Shown: positions 1 to 44,155 of the stretch, one piece after another | Layout: every line of letters begins with the position of its first letter | How positions within the stretch are numbered: position 1 is the first letter of the stretch | Assembly: GCA_051362555.1 (NCBI GenBank) | Contig: CM120640.1 | Location: 35,545,967 to 35,609,966, forward strand | DNA length: 64,000 nucleotides | Direction of reading: 5' to 3' | Origin: Lingula anatina | Lineage: Eukaryota; Animalia; Brachiopoda | The notes under the pieces: generated by a model | What the model saw: the letters and a program-made list of their open reading frames with translations, nothing else | Told to the model about the DNA's origin: nothing | Databases searched by the model: none | Program-made: the position numbers and the translations under genes

Positions 1-1413
1 TACAATAAGTGTGCTGTTCTTTTAAGCATTGTGTTCTTCAAAACTTAAGGTATGAAATACTGTAACAGAGGTAGCAAGATGTATGTTTACCTATTATATG
101 AGAATGCACATACTTTGATTATTCCATTTGTTCAGTTCTTACTTTGAATTCCATAACAAGAAAAGGCAGCAATTCAATAAATGATGAAAATTTTTATTTC
201 TTTTTGTTCTTGTTATATCAGATATCTTCCATGCAGTTTGTAAATGTATGCATAACCCGAAAATATGTGAAAAATGCACATTCCAGTAATTGACATTTAT
301 CACTTCATTTTGATTCCAGAATCATTTACTGTACATGGCTGGTATATGTCAGTCAATATTCTATAGCCATTGACAAACGGAAACTCTCTTGATAATTTCA
401 AACGCACATAGCTAATGAAACTGTTCAATAGAATCATTTATACAGAAAATGAATACAGAAAAAGGTTGCGTTCTCTATTGATTTTCAAGAAAAAAGACAT
501 GCATGCACATTCACTTTAAATATTTGCTGTATTTGTTACACAATATTTCTTATATTATTGAAGACTTATTTTAAAATCTACTGAATTTCTTAATTAACCT
601 TCATCAACCTGCCTTCCATATTCAAAACTAAACTGTCATTCTCTGATGTCACAAGACATAACTAATCTTTAAAGAATCTGAAAATAATCTTTTGCAGAGA
701 CAATCATAATATCAAAAGGTATCCCAATGTATTATTGTTAATTTGCATTTAACAGATTAGGTGCAAGTATGCTGTAAATGTCAAATAATGATGTGTTGGC
801 AGTCCAACTCAAGAGAATGACAAAAAAGGTTCCTGGTTGTATATACTAAAGGTCTTTTATATCAAATGAACCAAAAAATTCCAATCATCCGATTTCTATA
901 GTTGGCTATAAGTAATTTAAATAATAAGATTACGCCCAGGTTAATATGCTCTAAATGCATATTTTTTACTATTAAAAAAGTGATTCATAGGAATGACTCA
1001 TCATGCTCTATTATCTACAAAATATGTTCTACAATAATTTGAAAATAAAAATGGATACAAAAGCTAGTATGGCAGTGTCCTGTGGTTGCATTTTAATTAT
1101 CATATTTCCAATTGGCTTTCTCTAATCCACAAAAACAAACCAATATAATATATGTATCTATATATAAAATACCTCAAATTTTCTTTCATGGTCTTTACCA
1201 ATAAGGCTACCAAAATATTTTTGCATGCAAAATTATACTATTCAAAATAATTATTTACTCAAAATTATTTACCTTAAATTTGGCATGCATAAAATATATA
1301 AATTTAAATATTTTTTTTCCAAACAGAATGATAATATTAAAAATTATTTACTCAAAATTTGTAATTCTAAAAAGGACATGCATAAAATATAGAAACTAGA
1401 ATTCAAATCCAGG

Positions 1414-4400
1414 TTATTTTCCATGCTTGGCAAGTCTATCTACAACAGCTGCAACAAGTCCGGCTCCCTTTCCACTGCCATCGTCTACAAGGATCAGTTT
1501 AACCTGTAATAATATGCAATAAAATATTTAAGAAACTGACAGTTTTTCCAATCTGCATGTTTCAGCAGTTAAAAAATAGATAATCTTATTATATAATTCC
1601 TTTTATCCCCAAACCATATAAAACTTTGTTATTAAATTTGTTGTGTAAAATGTTAACAAACTGAAAAAGGAAGTTAAAACATTTCTCAAATTAAAAAAAA
1701 AATCAAAACACATTTCACAGGTTGCTAGATTCTTTCTTAAACATCTTTTGATTACTGACTATTTTTGTACTGTTTTATGAAAATTTAAGAAGCCATGTCT
1801 CCCCACCTTGGTTTCTGGTGCAAATTTTTCAATGTTTTGCATCAAGAAATCGTGTAGCCTAGGATGATACTGGTACAGGGAGCCATCTACAGCTACTGTC
1901 ACCTCTGGCCTCTTCATTCTATTGCACAATGCTGCCAAAGCTGGACAAAGAAATATTATTATAAATTTAGAATAATGTTTTTTTTTAATTTGAAATGAAA
2001 GGACAAGAATAAACCTCAGGGGAGATTCTTCTCTTCTTTAAAAGTTTATTATTAGTTCTTTATTAGTTTGGTATATTTCTATTTTAGCTCTATCTAATTA
2101 AAAGCAATACCAAACTTTAATTTACCAGAGTGGTTACTCACCTCCTCCAACCAGTTGGCCAGCTCTTATGGATATCACTTCACACACGTACTTGACCACA
2201 CTGATGTCAAACTCTGTGGCTTCATCCTTAAGGCCCATCTCCTCTATTACTTTCAGTGTCCTCTCACTTTTACCCTCTTTATTGTCTCTGGTGACAAAAA
2301 TAAAAAAAAATTCAATCTCCATATGAAAAATATTTGGTATAATTTGGATAACCTTACACTTAGCACAAATGTATCCTGGGTGGGCATTACTAGTTTGCAA
2401 TTATTATAGAACAATATAATTCTAAAAACTTTGAACCCTTAATTGTACCCAGTGCCTCCCCCTCCCTCTAAAAAATAAGTATCTTGCTTGAGGTTAGTTC
2501 AGAGTGCATGTTGGCCCATTCTACATAACCCTTGTTAAAACAAAATTCTAATCACCATAAATTTTCAAATTTACTGCAGTGAAATAAACACTTCAATAGA
2601 AATAAAAATTGCAAATAAAAACTTTGATCCTTTGGGGCATTTCAATGTTACTGGACACCTTAATTCTTAGTTAAAATGCAACACTAAGATACAATATAAG
2701 ATCTTAAAACACTTAACCAAACAGATTAACTTATTTCAACTTACTTTTCTATCTTTGTTGCATGTGTTGTGGTTAAGGAATTCCGTGTGCCTAGCGTTTC
2801 AGACACTTTGCCATTAAATATCAGACCTTCTCGCGTTAGATGCAGCAGTATGAGGCGTACAGTTTCACCCATGTACATACCTGCAAAGTATTTTTCAAAG
2901 CTGCAAACAGAATGGAAACAATCAGCTACAGCAAATAGACAATATAATGCATCCAACATAAATAGCTGGAAACTATGTACCTCATATGCAAAATTAAAAT
3001 CAAATCACAAATTAAAAAGACAATGGCAATGTAAGAGTACCACTGTTATCTTTGGTTTTATCATTGAATTTTAAGATAAAAATATTTGATCAGTTACAGC
3101 AGGAACTAACCATCAACATTGTAGTCTGTTTAAAACAAGTTCCAATCATTTAATACAGGCAAAAATATTCTGCAAAAAGATTTAATTTTCCTTTTGAAAT
3201 ATGACAAATTTTAGTTCACTTACGTGAAAGACCCAACATGGTTTGAATATTTATCAACTTCTCTATCATAGTCTGTCTTGATGAAATCTATACAACCATT
3301 GTCTCCAAATGCTCCCCATTCTATATCAATAACAACCTGGGAGAAAAAAATTACATAGATAACAAATACATATACTAATGAAAGTAAACGATAAATAAAT
3401 TTTGATTGTGTGTTACCAAATATATATATATTTTTTAATTGTGTATCTTGATGTTTGTTTTTGCCTTAATTTTGTTCAAGATTTGGTGACTGAAAACAAT
3501 GAGACAAGAAAAACAAAGTTCTGACAGAAATAAGTAGTGCTACCTCTTTTGGTTCCTCAATTGGTAAATTCCACTTGTCTATATTTTCAATGTGTTCTAA
3601 ATAGCTTGCATTGCACCCAGTTCCTAGAATATCCACATTCAATTTTTAAAGTAAAAATTGCCAAGATAAATAAATAAATAGAAAAATTAATTTTTCCAAA
3701 TAATCATCTACCACATAATTAATATGATGTTTTACAAAAATATAAAACCTTTATGATTTCACTGTAAACAAGTGAAGAGACTATTGATACAAAATGTTTA
3801 CACAAAAGTTCAATAATAATTCATTTAGATATGAGAAAACCTACCTAATATGACCCCAATATAACACTTATGGTCCGCATAAGCTCCTGCCATGATGGTT
3901 CCTGTTGTGTCATTTAATATAGCTGCCAACTCTACATCTTTTAGCTCCTGCGGAAAAAAGTTGTACTATAACTTGTTTTGAAATAAAAAACACCATTTAC
4001 AAGACACTTCAATATTATTTATACTGTAACCCCTTAATTGTACAAAAGTACAAAACGATATATCTTTTGGAATAAAAGAAAGGCAACATACCGAGCAGCA
4101 TGAACTACAAATTCATTTGTTCCTGCATACATCCAACTAATATGTTTACAAGCAATTATGTTTTGAACAGGGCAGCACAAATAACATCCCAGGAGAGTAA
4201 AATAATATTACAAAAAACTCAAATGCTCACAAATGTTCAAGCCACATATGAAGAGATACAGTAATAAATACTACAAGACAAACCTACCTTCCTCTTTGCC
4301 ATTGCCGCCTCCAAAGCTGCCCCTGCATCGTCTCCAACACCATCTTTGCACCTGAAGCTCTTGGTCCATGTGATTAGAATACCGCTTTTCAGTCCCTTCT

Positions 4401-5871
4401 GAGTCATTGGGAAAGAAAAGGTGAAACCTGGAAAGAAAGTATAAAAAGTCCAATCTCAATTAATATTTTGGTGTTTTTTTACTTTATTGAATGACATTTG
4501 GCATCGTGATTTCCGAGGAAGCAGCCTGACCATTAAAAATTTTGTAGCCTTTAATGAATTTCTTAGGGTTGAACTACCCCAAGTTTCAAAGGACACTGGA
4601 AACTTACCCGTCTGAATGCTGGTAGCTCAGAGGAGTTCTAAGTGCCCTCAGATACTCAGGGTAAGGTAAGTAGGCTTCAGATATGATGTGAAATTTGACT
4701 GTAATATATTTCTAATTTTCTAAGATAATCTTTAATGCATCCAAACTTTTAAGCTAGATGCCACAACTACTTGCATGGTTAATTTCTGTATAGCCATATC
4801 TAAGCTTTAATAAAAATAAAAAGAAGGCAAATGACACTCTACAAACCTAATGGTAGCTTCTTCCCCTTCAAGTTCTCTTCATCTAAAAAGACACAAATGC
4901 TGTCAGCAATGTATTCATACACATCTTTAGATGGTCCGCACAGAGTTTCCTCGGGTATTCTCACTTCCTTGCAGTAATCTCTGGTAATGAGGCCTTTCTT
5001 CATTTGAAGATGGATCACTCTAAAATTGGTACCTCCAAGGTCAAGTGCTAAGTAGTCTCCATCCTCTGTAATAATACAATCAGGATATGTGATACTGGAG
5101 CACTAAGTTTAGTTTGATGTCCTCCAAATGATTTATGCATTATAAAAATGTTTTCAGTGTGTTGTAATTTCTTTTTTAAATGTTAGTAGAGGGGAAGACA
5201 GACACCATAAATCAGAAAAAAAAACAAAAACAAAAACACAATGACTTCTTAGTAGAAAAAAGTATCTTTGCTCTTCACAGCCTGTTGTACAATTCTTTAT
5301 GTTTTTATTCACCTGTTCCATCACACAGGGCTCTGACATAAGTGTTTTCACAAAGACAACTACTTTGTTTCCTCTTCTGTGGATCTTTATTCATTGCCAG
5401 GTCCATCTCAGAATCCAATGTATCCATGACTTTCTTCACAGTCTCATCAGACAGTCGCAATGGGGCTGTGATCTCCAAAATCTTTTATATAAAAGAAAAA
5501 GGATGAGAAATATTGATAAAATATACACTTACATAACCTTGTCCTAGATCATTTTAAATAAACAAGATTCTATGTAATTAGACTGGTTATGGTAATGCTG
5601 TGTCTCTGTCTTATATACCATATTGACTTTGTGTCAATATCTATCGTGATTGCATAGATCAAGTATCTTGTTAAAAATAATCTTGAGTAGACCTCATTTC
5701 AGTACCTTAATTATATAAGTCATTTAAACTTGAACAGAAGCAAATTCTAGGGTTTATAACATTTACAGCATTCTGCAATGTGGGATATTTATAATGAACC
5801 CAAATTCTTACCCTCTGTTTCTTTTCTGAGTCTTCCACATTCAGCTTTGGACATTTTGGGTTAGTTGCCAT
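1414..5871 (-). CDS. HK: Hexokinase, single-domain (~50 kDa invertebrate type), 11 coding exons
   Basis: GT-AG exons in transcript order: 5871-5812 (MATNPKCPK..), 5481-5313, 5065-4847 ([12 protein letters not shown], phosphate-1 motif), 4427-4288 (GFTFSFP..WTKSF, sugar-binding), 3947-3845 (LNDTTGT, catalytic Asp), 3623-3544 (GTGCNASY), 3336-3224 ([10 protein letters not shown]), 2900-2745 ([12 protein letters not shown]), 2287-2142, 1940-1807 (VAVDGSLY), 1503-1414 ([15 protein letters not shown]). Phases join in frame. Which paralog this is cannot be determined from sequence alone. Confidence 0.95.
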
Positions 5872-6416
5872 GATAAAAATCTTCCAATCTTCCAAGTTAA
5901 GACCTAGTAAATAGAAAATCAGGGTTCAGATGTTTTTCAGAGCCCACATTTTCAAAAAAATTTATCATACATTGAAATCAATACTTTGTTGGTGACCTTC
6001 TTTTAGGCACAATTTCAGTTTTCAGTTTTCAGTTTTGATTTTTCTTTTTTTTATGATGCCCACAGTATGCCCAATGATGTTTTGTAAAATCATAACAATA
6101 TATCTTATATAATATATAAAGAGCACGATCCAGCTTAAGTTGGTCAACAGCACTGTTTTTTTAATGAGTAGTTTTGTGTAATTTTCAAATGCAACAAAAT
6201 TACTTTACACACTCATCCCTCCAATCACTCCTCAAGCCTGTAACCAGCAATTTCAAAGGGGGTCTTTTTTCCGGCAAAAAGGGCAGTTCATTCAAATCCC
6301 ATGAACCCTCCTAACTAAGGGCCTGCCCCTCCTTATATAGAAGGACTCAAGTATGTAAACCATTCACCTTCTTGCTCTTGCATGCCCGTAAGGTTTTTTC
6401 CTCTAATAAACATTAA

Positions 6417-6639
6417 GACTCCGTTCACATGGAGGTCTATTTTCTAAAAATCTATTTTCTATTCGCGGTATCTTATGATCACTCCGAGCGCAGCCTAGAA
6501 TTAATTACAGCTTTGGAAGGAACTGGCTCGCGCTGCCAGTAATTACGCCGTGGGCTATTCAGGGCACAGACCGTGATTACAAGATACCGCAAATAGAAAA
6601 TAGATTTTTAGAAAATAGACTTTCCATGTGAACGAAGCC
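6417..6639. mobile_element. PIF/Harbinger (Tourist)-like MITE, ~223 bp
   Basis: Imperfect ~65-bp TIRs GACTCCGTTCACATGG.../...CCATGTGAACGAAGCC, flanked by TAA on both sides (6414-6416, 6640-6642). A 3-bp TAA TSD with GGC/GCC-type ends is typical of PIF/Harbinger. Confidence 0.75.
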
Positions 6640-7585
6640 TAAGTGTCATAAAACCTGCATTGCCAAGGGTCCTTGCAAAGGGCAAGTCATGACATTACAT
6701 TACAAACTTATGTAATCTTTTTATTAGAAGATTTTTTATGAATATTTTTCTTAAATGTGGAATGTCTTAAATAAGTGAAAAATAATTACATCTGTATATT
6801 TAAACATAAGGTAAGCCGGAACACAAAGTGGCTTTTGTTCAAACTTGACAGAAAGCCTTATTTCAACTGCACCTTGGACATAATAAAGACTGCACATAAT
6901 AACCAACTCTTGGATGACTGGCTATAAGCAATTACCAAATCAGAGTTCTACTTCTTTTGTTGGTGAAATAGATTGCTTTCAAATTTTCTGAGACAGATGG
7001 AATTCAATGTACAATAGGGATGAGACCATATTCAAGAGAACTTTTATGATGCATGACTATAAGTGAGCTAATAATCATTGGTGCATACGACTATAGCAAT
7101 CTGTAGAGCAATATATATATGAAACTGGGTTTCCATGTTATGGATAAATCTACCGGGCTTATATGTAATTATTTGTTGTTTTGATTAGAATTTTTCAGTT
7201 TTTTTTTTTTTTTTTTTTTGAAAAACTGTCTCTACTGTTTCAAAGGCACAAATATTTGTGCAGATCTTTCCTTAAAATAGTTTTGAGATTTAAAAGAGGG
7301 ATGTATGGTAAGTGCAAACATGTTTACTAGCATAACTATCACAGAGAACTGACAAATTTTTAGTTTATTTTTTCCCCACCTTAATCCCTAAAACGGAATT
7401 TATTCAAGTACATGCACAACTGACACTACTGTATAAACAATAAAATAATAAATTCTATAGATTTTCATTGAGTTTACAAGTACAAGTAATCTGATATCAT
7501 CATTTCGGGGTGATAAAAGTCAGCAATATGAGTTTTGGAAATACATGGGAATGAATTATGTAAAAATTGAGCCTCAACTATAGCC

Positions 7586-7608
7586 CCTCCCCCCCCCCCC
7601 CCCCCCAC

Positions 7609-7656
<48 letters not shown>

Positions 7657-7657
7657 C
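7586..7657. repeat. Poly-C tract followed by (CA)n microsatellite
   Basis: Directly visible C run and CA dinucleotide run. Confidence 0.95.
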
Positions 7658-7682
7658 AAACACTCCTTCACCACACGCACTA

Positions 7683-7782
7683 GCACGAAAATTCATGCGT
7701 TAGCACTCCTATGATATGTACTGGCTGTGCTCCAGTCAAATCAGAATCGTCAATAGGAGTGCTAAAGCATGAATTTTCGTGC
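7683..7782. mobile_element. ~100-bp hairpin MITE flanked by TA
   Basis: TA-GCACGAAAATTCATGCGTTAGCACTCCTAT...ATAGGAGTGCTAAAGCATGAATTTTCGTGC-TA, ~30-bp near-perfect inverted repeat. Confidence 0.65.
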
Positions 7783-7921
7783 TACACATGCACACAAAAT
7801 TCAGGACAAAGTTTAACAAATAACGTGGCAGATGGCATCGTGCAGTGCATTCACGAATATAATCATGAAATAATCATGCCACAAAAAGGCCTAAAATGAA
7901 AAAAATACGTATTAGCTTTAC

Positions 7922-8351
7922 CTGATCAATTCACACTTGATATGTTCCTGGAGTCCAATGGAAAAGTTCTGACCTCTCCACACCTCCAGTGTTTCGCAGG
8001 TAATTAGGTCAACACACCGGCCTAATAATATTTTCGCAAAAGATGGCGCTACACGATACGCCTCAGCCATTTAATCGAAACGTATTTTTACGATTTTGGT
8101 CACATTTGTATAATAAAAAGGAAACCGTGATATAGTATATAATTATCATATACACATGTTGGTATTGAGTAGTAGTGAAATTTTGCACAAATTATATCAT
8201 TTTTACAGCAAGAGTGTTGGTCGTATCTTGAAAAAGCGCTTACGAATCTCCAGCGAAAATAAGCATGCACGCCAAACCTCCACTCATGAGTACCTTTGAC
8301 TTGGGGTAACTTTCTTTAGGTTTGCCTGCATGATAAGAAGACAAATTAAAC
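7922..8351. promoter_or_regulatory. Putative bidirectional promoter HK(-)/POLR3B(+), including a candidate non-coding first exon of HK
   Basis: Relatively CpG-rich. YY1-like AAGATGGCG at 8040-8048. Minus-strand donor CAG|GTAAAG at 7922/7921 suggests an HK 5'UTR exon. POLR3B ATG is at 8352. Confidence 0.55.
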
Positions 8352-35780
<27,429 letters not shown>

Positions 35781-36649
35781 AAACAATGCCAGTGTGTCAT
35801 ATCAAAGAGGGTGTTGGCATACTCAAACGTGTCAATTTACAGCAAAGAAGTACCTCGGCTGCATTTAGTAGCAGCATTAGCTTTTAAAATATCAGAATTA
35901 TTATCACTGTGTGTGCATGCATGCATGGGTGCAAGTGTGTTTGGTCAGATGCATATGTGGTAATATGTTTTTTTAGCTGATGTTTGGAGATGCTTCTTGT
36001 TAAACAGTGCATAGAACAGGCATAAGTATTAAGACCTGACAACTTTGTTGAGATTAGTTTTTGTATTTAAAATTATATTATATCAGGTTGTTTATTGAAA
36101 ATATATTTCACCCAAGCATAATGCCTTCAGTCAATAAACCGTCAAGGGCACTTTGCAGACAGGAAGTTTGGGTATGAATAGATACATGATAGTTGCTCTT
36201 TCATACACTCGACTCTGTATGCCAACTTATTGTCTTTGAATAAACAAGTACTCATGTAGCAGTGGTAACAAAAGGTTGAGCACTCTTTTCCAGCAAGATG
36301 AAACATCAGTTATGGAATTTTGTAGATAAATTGATAAGTTCATATAAAATATAAGAAGAATCATGTTGTTATTTGTTATGCAATAAAATGTTGTTTTCCA
36401 CCTGGAATATGGATTTTTTATTGATTATTAAAATTATTCTCTTTAAAAACAATTGTAAGAAATTTACAAAATATATAATATACATCCTTCTTGACACTGA
36501 ATTTAGCACTTTCTCTCTGTAACAAAGAAAGAACGGGAAAGACTTATCCAGCATGTAGTTGTTTCGTAAGGAATCCCTCCTTAATTTATCTACATCATGA
36601 AAACGTACAAACGAAGTGGTTAAACTGCTAGATTGCTCCAGATTGTTCA

Positions 36650-36823
36650 TTTGTCACGCGTCGCACCTGTCGCATTAGAAGACATTCGTCCAATCACGTA
36701 AGGAACCGTCAGTTTGTCCGTCTCTGGCAATTGCGCATGCGTGTACTGTCTCTAACGTGGCAAGTAAACGAAGTTGTAGTTCTCTGGGGGATTAGCCACG
36801 TTTTGGGCTAAGTTGCAGCAAAA
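36650..36823 (+). promoter_or_regulatory. TMED2 proximal promoter (CCAAT box and NRF1-like palindrome)
   Basis: CCAAT at 36690-36694 and TGCGCATGCG at 36732-36741, in a CpG-containing stretch directly upstream of AAAATGG at 36824. Confidence 0.55.
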
Positions 36824-40135
<3,312 letters not shown>

Positions 40136-40803
40136 TGTTTTTTAAGGTGTGAGTAATATATATTTGCCATCAAAAGGATTAAGGAAGAAAAGCCTGTTGA
40201 GAAAAAAAAGTGAGTTTGCTCAGGTTCAAAGAAGGGTATTTGGATACCACCATTAAAAGTCTGCAGCTTCACAATGTGTTATTTTGTGTATAATTTACAT
40301 GTTTAGACAAAAAATGGTTCATGTATTAATGAAGAGTGATTAAGGGAGGGGGGGTGCTTACATGCATAGAACTCTTCCGTTGAGTTAATTGTATGTTAAT
40401 TTCATTCAAGCCTCTGCTTTCTTTGTGTTATTTTTCAATTTTATCACATTTGTAAATAAGATTTAAAGTGAATTAAAAACTAAGAATTAAAAAAAAAGTC
40501 ACTCCACATTGGTATCCTTGACTTTTGTATATATAGTATATATTTCTTTTACATGTTTAAGTAACAATGTTGGTTTTCAAAGGGTTGTTTAGTGTAATCA
40601 GATAGAAGTCAATTAGTTTTTGTACCATCAACAGTTTTGTGGTCTTCCTCAACAGTCACTTATATAGTATTACTTTTTTTGTCATTTCCTGAACATTCTT
40701 CAAAAATTAACTGTAAAAATGTGTAATACAGATTTTCTTACCTTTCTGAAATAGCAAAGTGAATTTCAAACTTATAACTTGAGATACCAGTGATTGTTTT
40801 ACA

Positions 40804-40842
40804 AATAAACAATACAAAACTAGTATTGGTTTTTATTTTATT
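40804..40842. terminator. Facing polyadenylation signals of TMED2 (+) and MRPL18 (-)
   Basis: AATAAA at 40804-40809 (+). TTTATT at 40832-40837 and 40837-40842 (AATAAA on -). Confidence 0.55.
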
Positions 40843-40984
40843 TAGTTCTGTAAATGTTTTACTCCATATAAGTGCATCTGCATATTAGCAACAAGTTCTG
40901 GGAGTCAATTATTCTATGCATTACACTTCCAAAAGATCTTAAACTGTATTGTCTGTTGTACCAAGCAAATATCTCATTAAAATG

Positions 40985-43238
40985 TTAGTCTTTACAGTGT
41001 GGGGGGTCCTCAGTGCTGTGGTGCCACTTTCCATATCCTAAAACTTTGTGCTCTTCTAGAAACTTTTCAATTTTATTATTTGCAAGTTTTGCTTCCTCTA
41101 GAATTTTTCCATGGACACTTGTTCTCCACCTTATATTTGGTGGCTTTGCACCTACAAGTCTTTCATCAATTTTATCATAGTCTATACCTGGGAAGAAATC
41201 TGGAACTAATTCCATGGGTTCGAAACCAGTTATTCCACAGTCTATAACAGCATTGAAGAAAGCATTTTCCTGAAAATAAAATCAAGTGATCAAAAATAAT
41301 GCACAGACGGATAAAAGGATGTGCTGTGTGTGGTAATAAAATAGAAAATTATTACATGTAACAGGAACACCAAAAGATATGTTTTAAAAATTGATCACAA
41401 ATAACACATTTATCCAGGCTCACACATTGTACAAAGAAACAGCCAAGAGCATCAAAATCCACAATTTCTTTGATTAAAAGTGTAATCAACCAGCTACAGA
41501 GTAAATACATCAATGCTACGATAAGTCCAACACACATAAAACCTACCTTCACAAAAGTTGATATTCTATTTGTGTTGCCATCTGGATTTTGCACCTGAAA
41601 ATGTAAGCCAGTGATCCCAGCCATAGCACACCTGTGGGCAATCACCCGGCCTATATTAATAGCTGCTGCTACATTTTTTGAGCTAGAAATAAAATTGTGA
41701 AAGGATTTGTATTTTTTCCAGTTTTTCTTAATGTACAAAACAAAGGGGTATCAAAAACCATTCAACTTCATAACTAGTTAATAAAATAGTTAATCAAGTC
41801 CACATTTATCTTATCAAAAATGCTTGTTTTACATCAATCTTAATTGTCAATGATTAAGAATTAAGCATAAAGAAGATAAAACAACATAAGACCCTCTGTG
41901 TTCAATTGGACCACTTTTTTCCTGAAAAATCTTTCACCATGCACTTTATCAAAAACTTCAAAAACAAACTTCAAAAGGTAATTACTTGTTCATGCGCTTT
42001 TTGATGGCCCATTCTTTAGTTGAAGCTGTAATGAGCACTTTTCCTGAGGAATGTTCAACCCAAGCCCATGTGTTTGCAGCGCTGAATCCAAAAAGAAGCC
42101 TGAAAAATGTACATATATATCACAAAACCACAAGTTATTTAAATTTTAACTGGATGAAATAACACTCACCTGCTAAGTTTGAAAGTACTGCTCAATGTTA
42201 AACTTGTCTTAAATTGGCTAAACAAAATAGGGTTGACTTGTTTTATTCAAATTTGGAGGGGAAATGATGAAAAGGTTGTGATTTGGCTTAGCGAAAAAAA
42301 AAATATCCCAGCAAATATGGTCAAATGAGAATAGATATCATTTCTATTCAAAATGAGCAATTGTTTACTACATGAATCATTTTATGTCAAAAATTTAATA
42401 AAAGACAAATATTGCAGATAAGTATGGGTTTTGAGAAAAAGAGATTACTAAGTGAAAACGTGTGCTACTTTCAGTAATGAATATTAAGAACCTACCTGTG
42501 ATAAAACTCCTTAGTGGGATACTGTAATATCCACCCTTTTCTTTTTTTAGCAATTCCCATGAACTCTAAGTTTCTGAAATAAAACAGTCCACTTGAATTT
42601 ATTCAATTTCTCAAATCATCTCTAACAATATCTTAAGTATCTCTAACAATATCTTAAGTGTGTATGAATATTCCTTTATTTGTCTTTCTTCGTTTTTAAT
42701 ACAATAAAGCTTTTTGAGTAATAAATTGTGCACACAAGAGTCAATCTACATGTAATCTGTCATCAAGTGATGTATAAAATAAATATTGAAAAAAACCTTG
42801 GGTTTCTGTTGACAAAATTGGGGTTGACCATCATATCATTTTCTGATAATGTTTCCTCCTCACTTGGTTTCTGTTGTGGTTCATCCTCACTGCCAGGAAT
42901 ATTAGTGCAATATGTGCATCTGGTGCAGTGTGCTGCGAAAAATAAAATGCGAAATGCGTTATATTACATGATGTATTTCTCAAATCAATATGGTAACTGC
43001 AGACACTGAAACTTGTACAAGTCTACAGTAATTGAAACTTATGAAGTTTCTTCAGCTTATAGTACAAGAACCTGCCACTGAGTTAAACAGCGACAAAAAA
43101 GCAGAGAAACGCGCAAGTAAAACATTACAACACACCTCCTAAGTATCCCGTGGCATTTTGCTGAATGCCAAGCTGGCTTGCTCTCCTTAAAGCTCTTGGG
43201 AATTCCTGGCAAATGGCTTGAGATACTAGGGAAAACAT
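40985..43238 (-). CDS. MRPL18: Mitochondrial ribosomal protein uL18m, 6 exons
   Basis: Exons 43238-43136 (MFSLVSQAIC..RALRRASQL, presequence-like), 42932-42797 (..NPNFVNRNPR), 42573-42496 (NLEFMGIAKKRKGW..FYHR), 42099-41986 (WVEHSSGKVLITASTKEWAIKKRM), 41682-41547 (NVAAAINIGRVIAHRCAMAGI), 41269-40985. Motifs match MRPL18 NRNPRNLE / SASTREWAIKK / IGRVLAQRC. Confidence 0.9.
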
Positions 43239-43548
43239 GGCATCTACTCAGGAGACCACTTCACCGGAAGTCTCTTTTTGATCACTAAAGGCAGACCACA
43301 GTTTCGAATGATATGGAAATTATCATTGATTTAAACCGAGGCACTACTTAACATAATTCTTTAAAAATGTTGTTTTATATTTTAATTTGTAAGTTTGCCC
43401 TCTACTGCATGCAATTCAGCAATTTAGAACTAAAAGTTATGGCGACAAGTGCATGACCGGAAGTCAATACATTTCAAGCCTCGATGTCAGTGGTATACAC
43501 GTGCGAAGGAAAACATACACTACACTGATACAGTGAAAGAAGCATCAG
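43239..43548. promoter_or_regulatory. Bidirectional promoter MRPL18(-)/NLE1(+) with two ETS/GABP-type sites and an NLE1 non-coding first exon
   Basis: ACCGGAAGT at 43263-43271 and 43456-43464. Donor CAG|GTGAGA at 43548/43549. The NLE1 ATG lies in the next exon. Confidence 0.65.
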
Positions 43549-44155
43549 GTGAGATGTGTTATTGTGACAATCGTGTGTTATTGTACCATCGTTTTTCACT
43601 CTTTTTTATACTCATAGGATCATAACATATTCTGCTGAGTACAGGGCGGACACAACCTATTTATTAATTAGTGTGTGCCAAACGTTGTTCAACTTGTTGC
43701 CACAAATAAACAAGTTTTTGTGAGAATGTAACCACATTGAAGCAAGTGGTGCTGCTGATAGTTTTTAAAAATGTATTTTATAGTATATTGTATTATATTT
43801 CTTTTCACCACAGCTTTCAACATAATTTACTACATTTACCCTACACTGTTTTATTTATTTGTTTTGATTTATTTATTGATTGGTTTATTTTTTATTATTA
43901 TTAGTAGTAACTAGTGGTATTAGTATAATTACAGCAAATTTTATATTCTTGGAAGTTGGATATAGAACTGTAACTTTTTTATTCAACTCTTTAAGTTGTT
44001 TGTGAATTTCCTACTACTGGTGGTATCCTACCTAGTTGTGTAATGTTTTTGACCCATCTAATTAAAAAAAAAAAAGGCATGCATGCTACAGTGTTCGTAA
44101 TCTCATACATGAGCATCATAGTTATTAATTGTTGTGTATTTATCATTTATTTAGG

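Noticed and set aside
7474-7686. ORF with VCVCVC and poly-Gly
   Set aside because: Artefact of the (CA)n and poly-C tracts.
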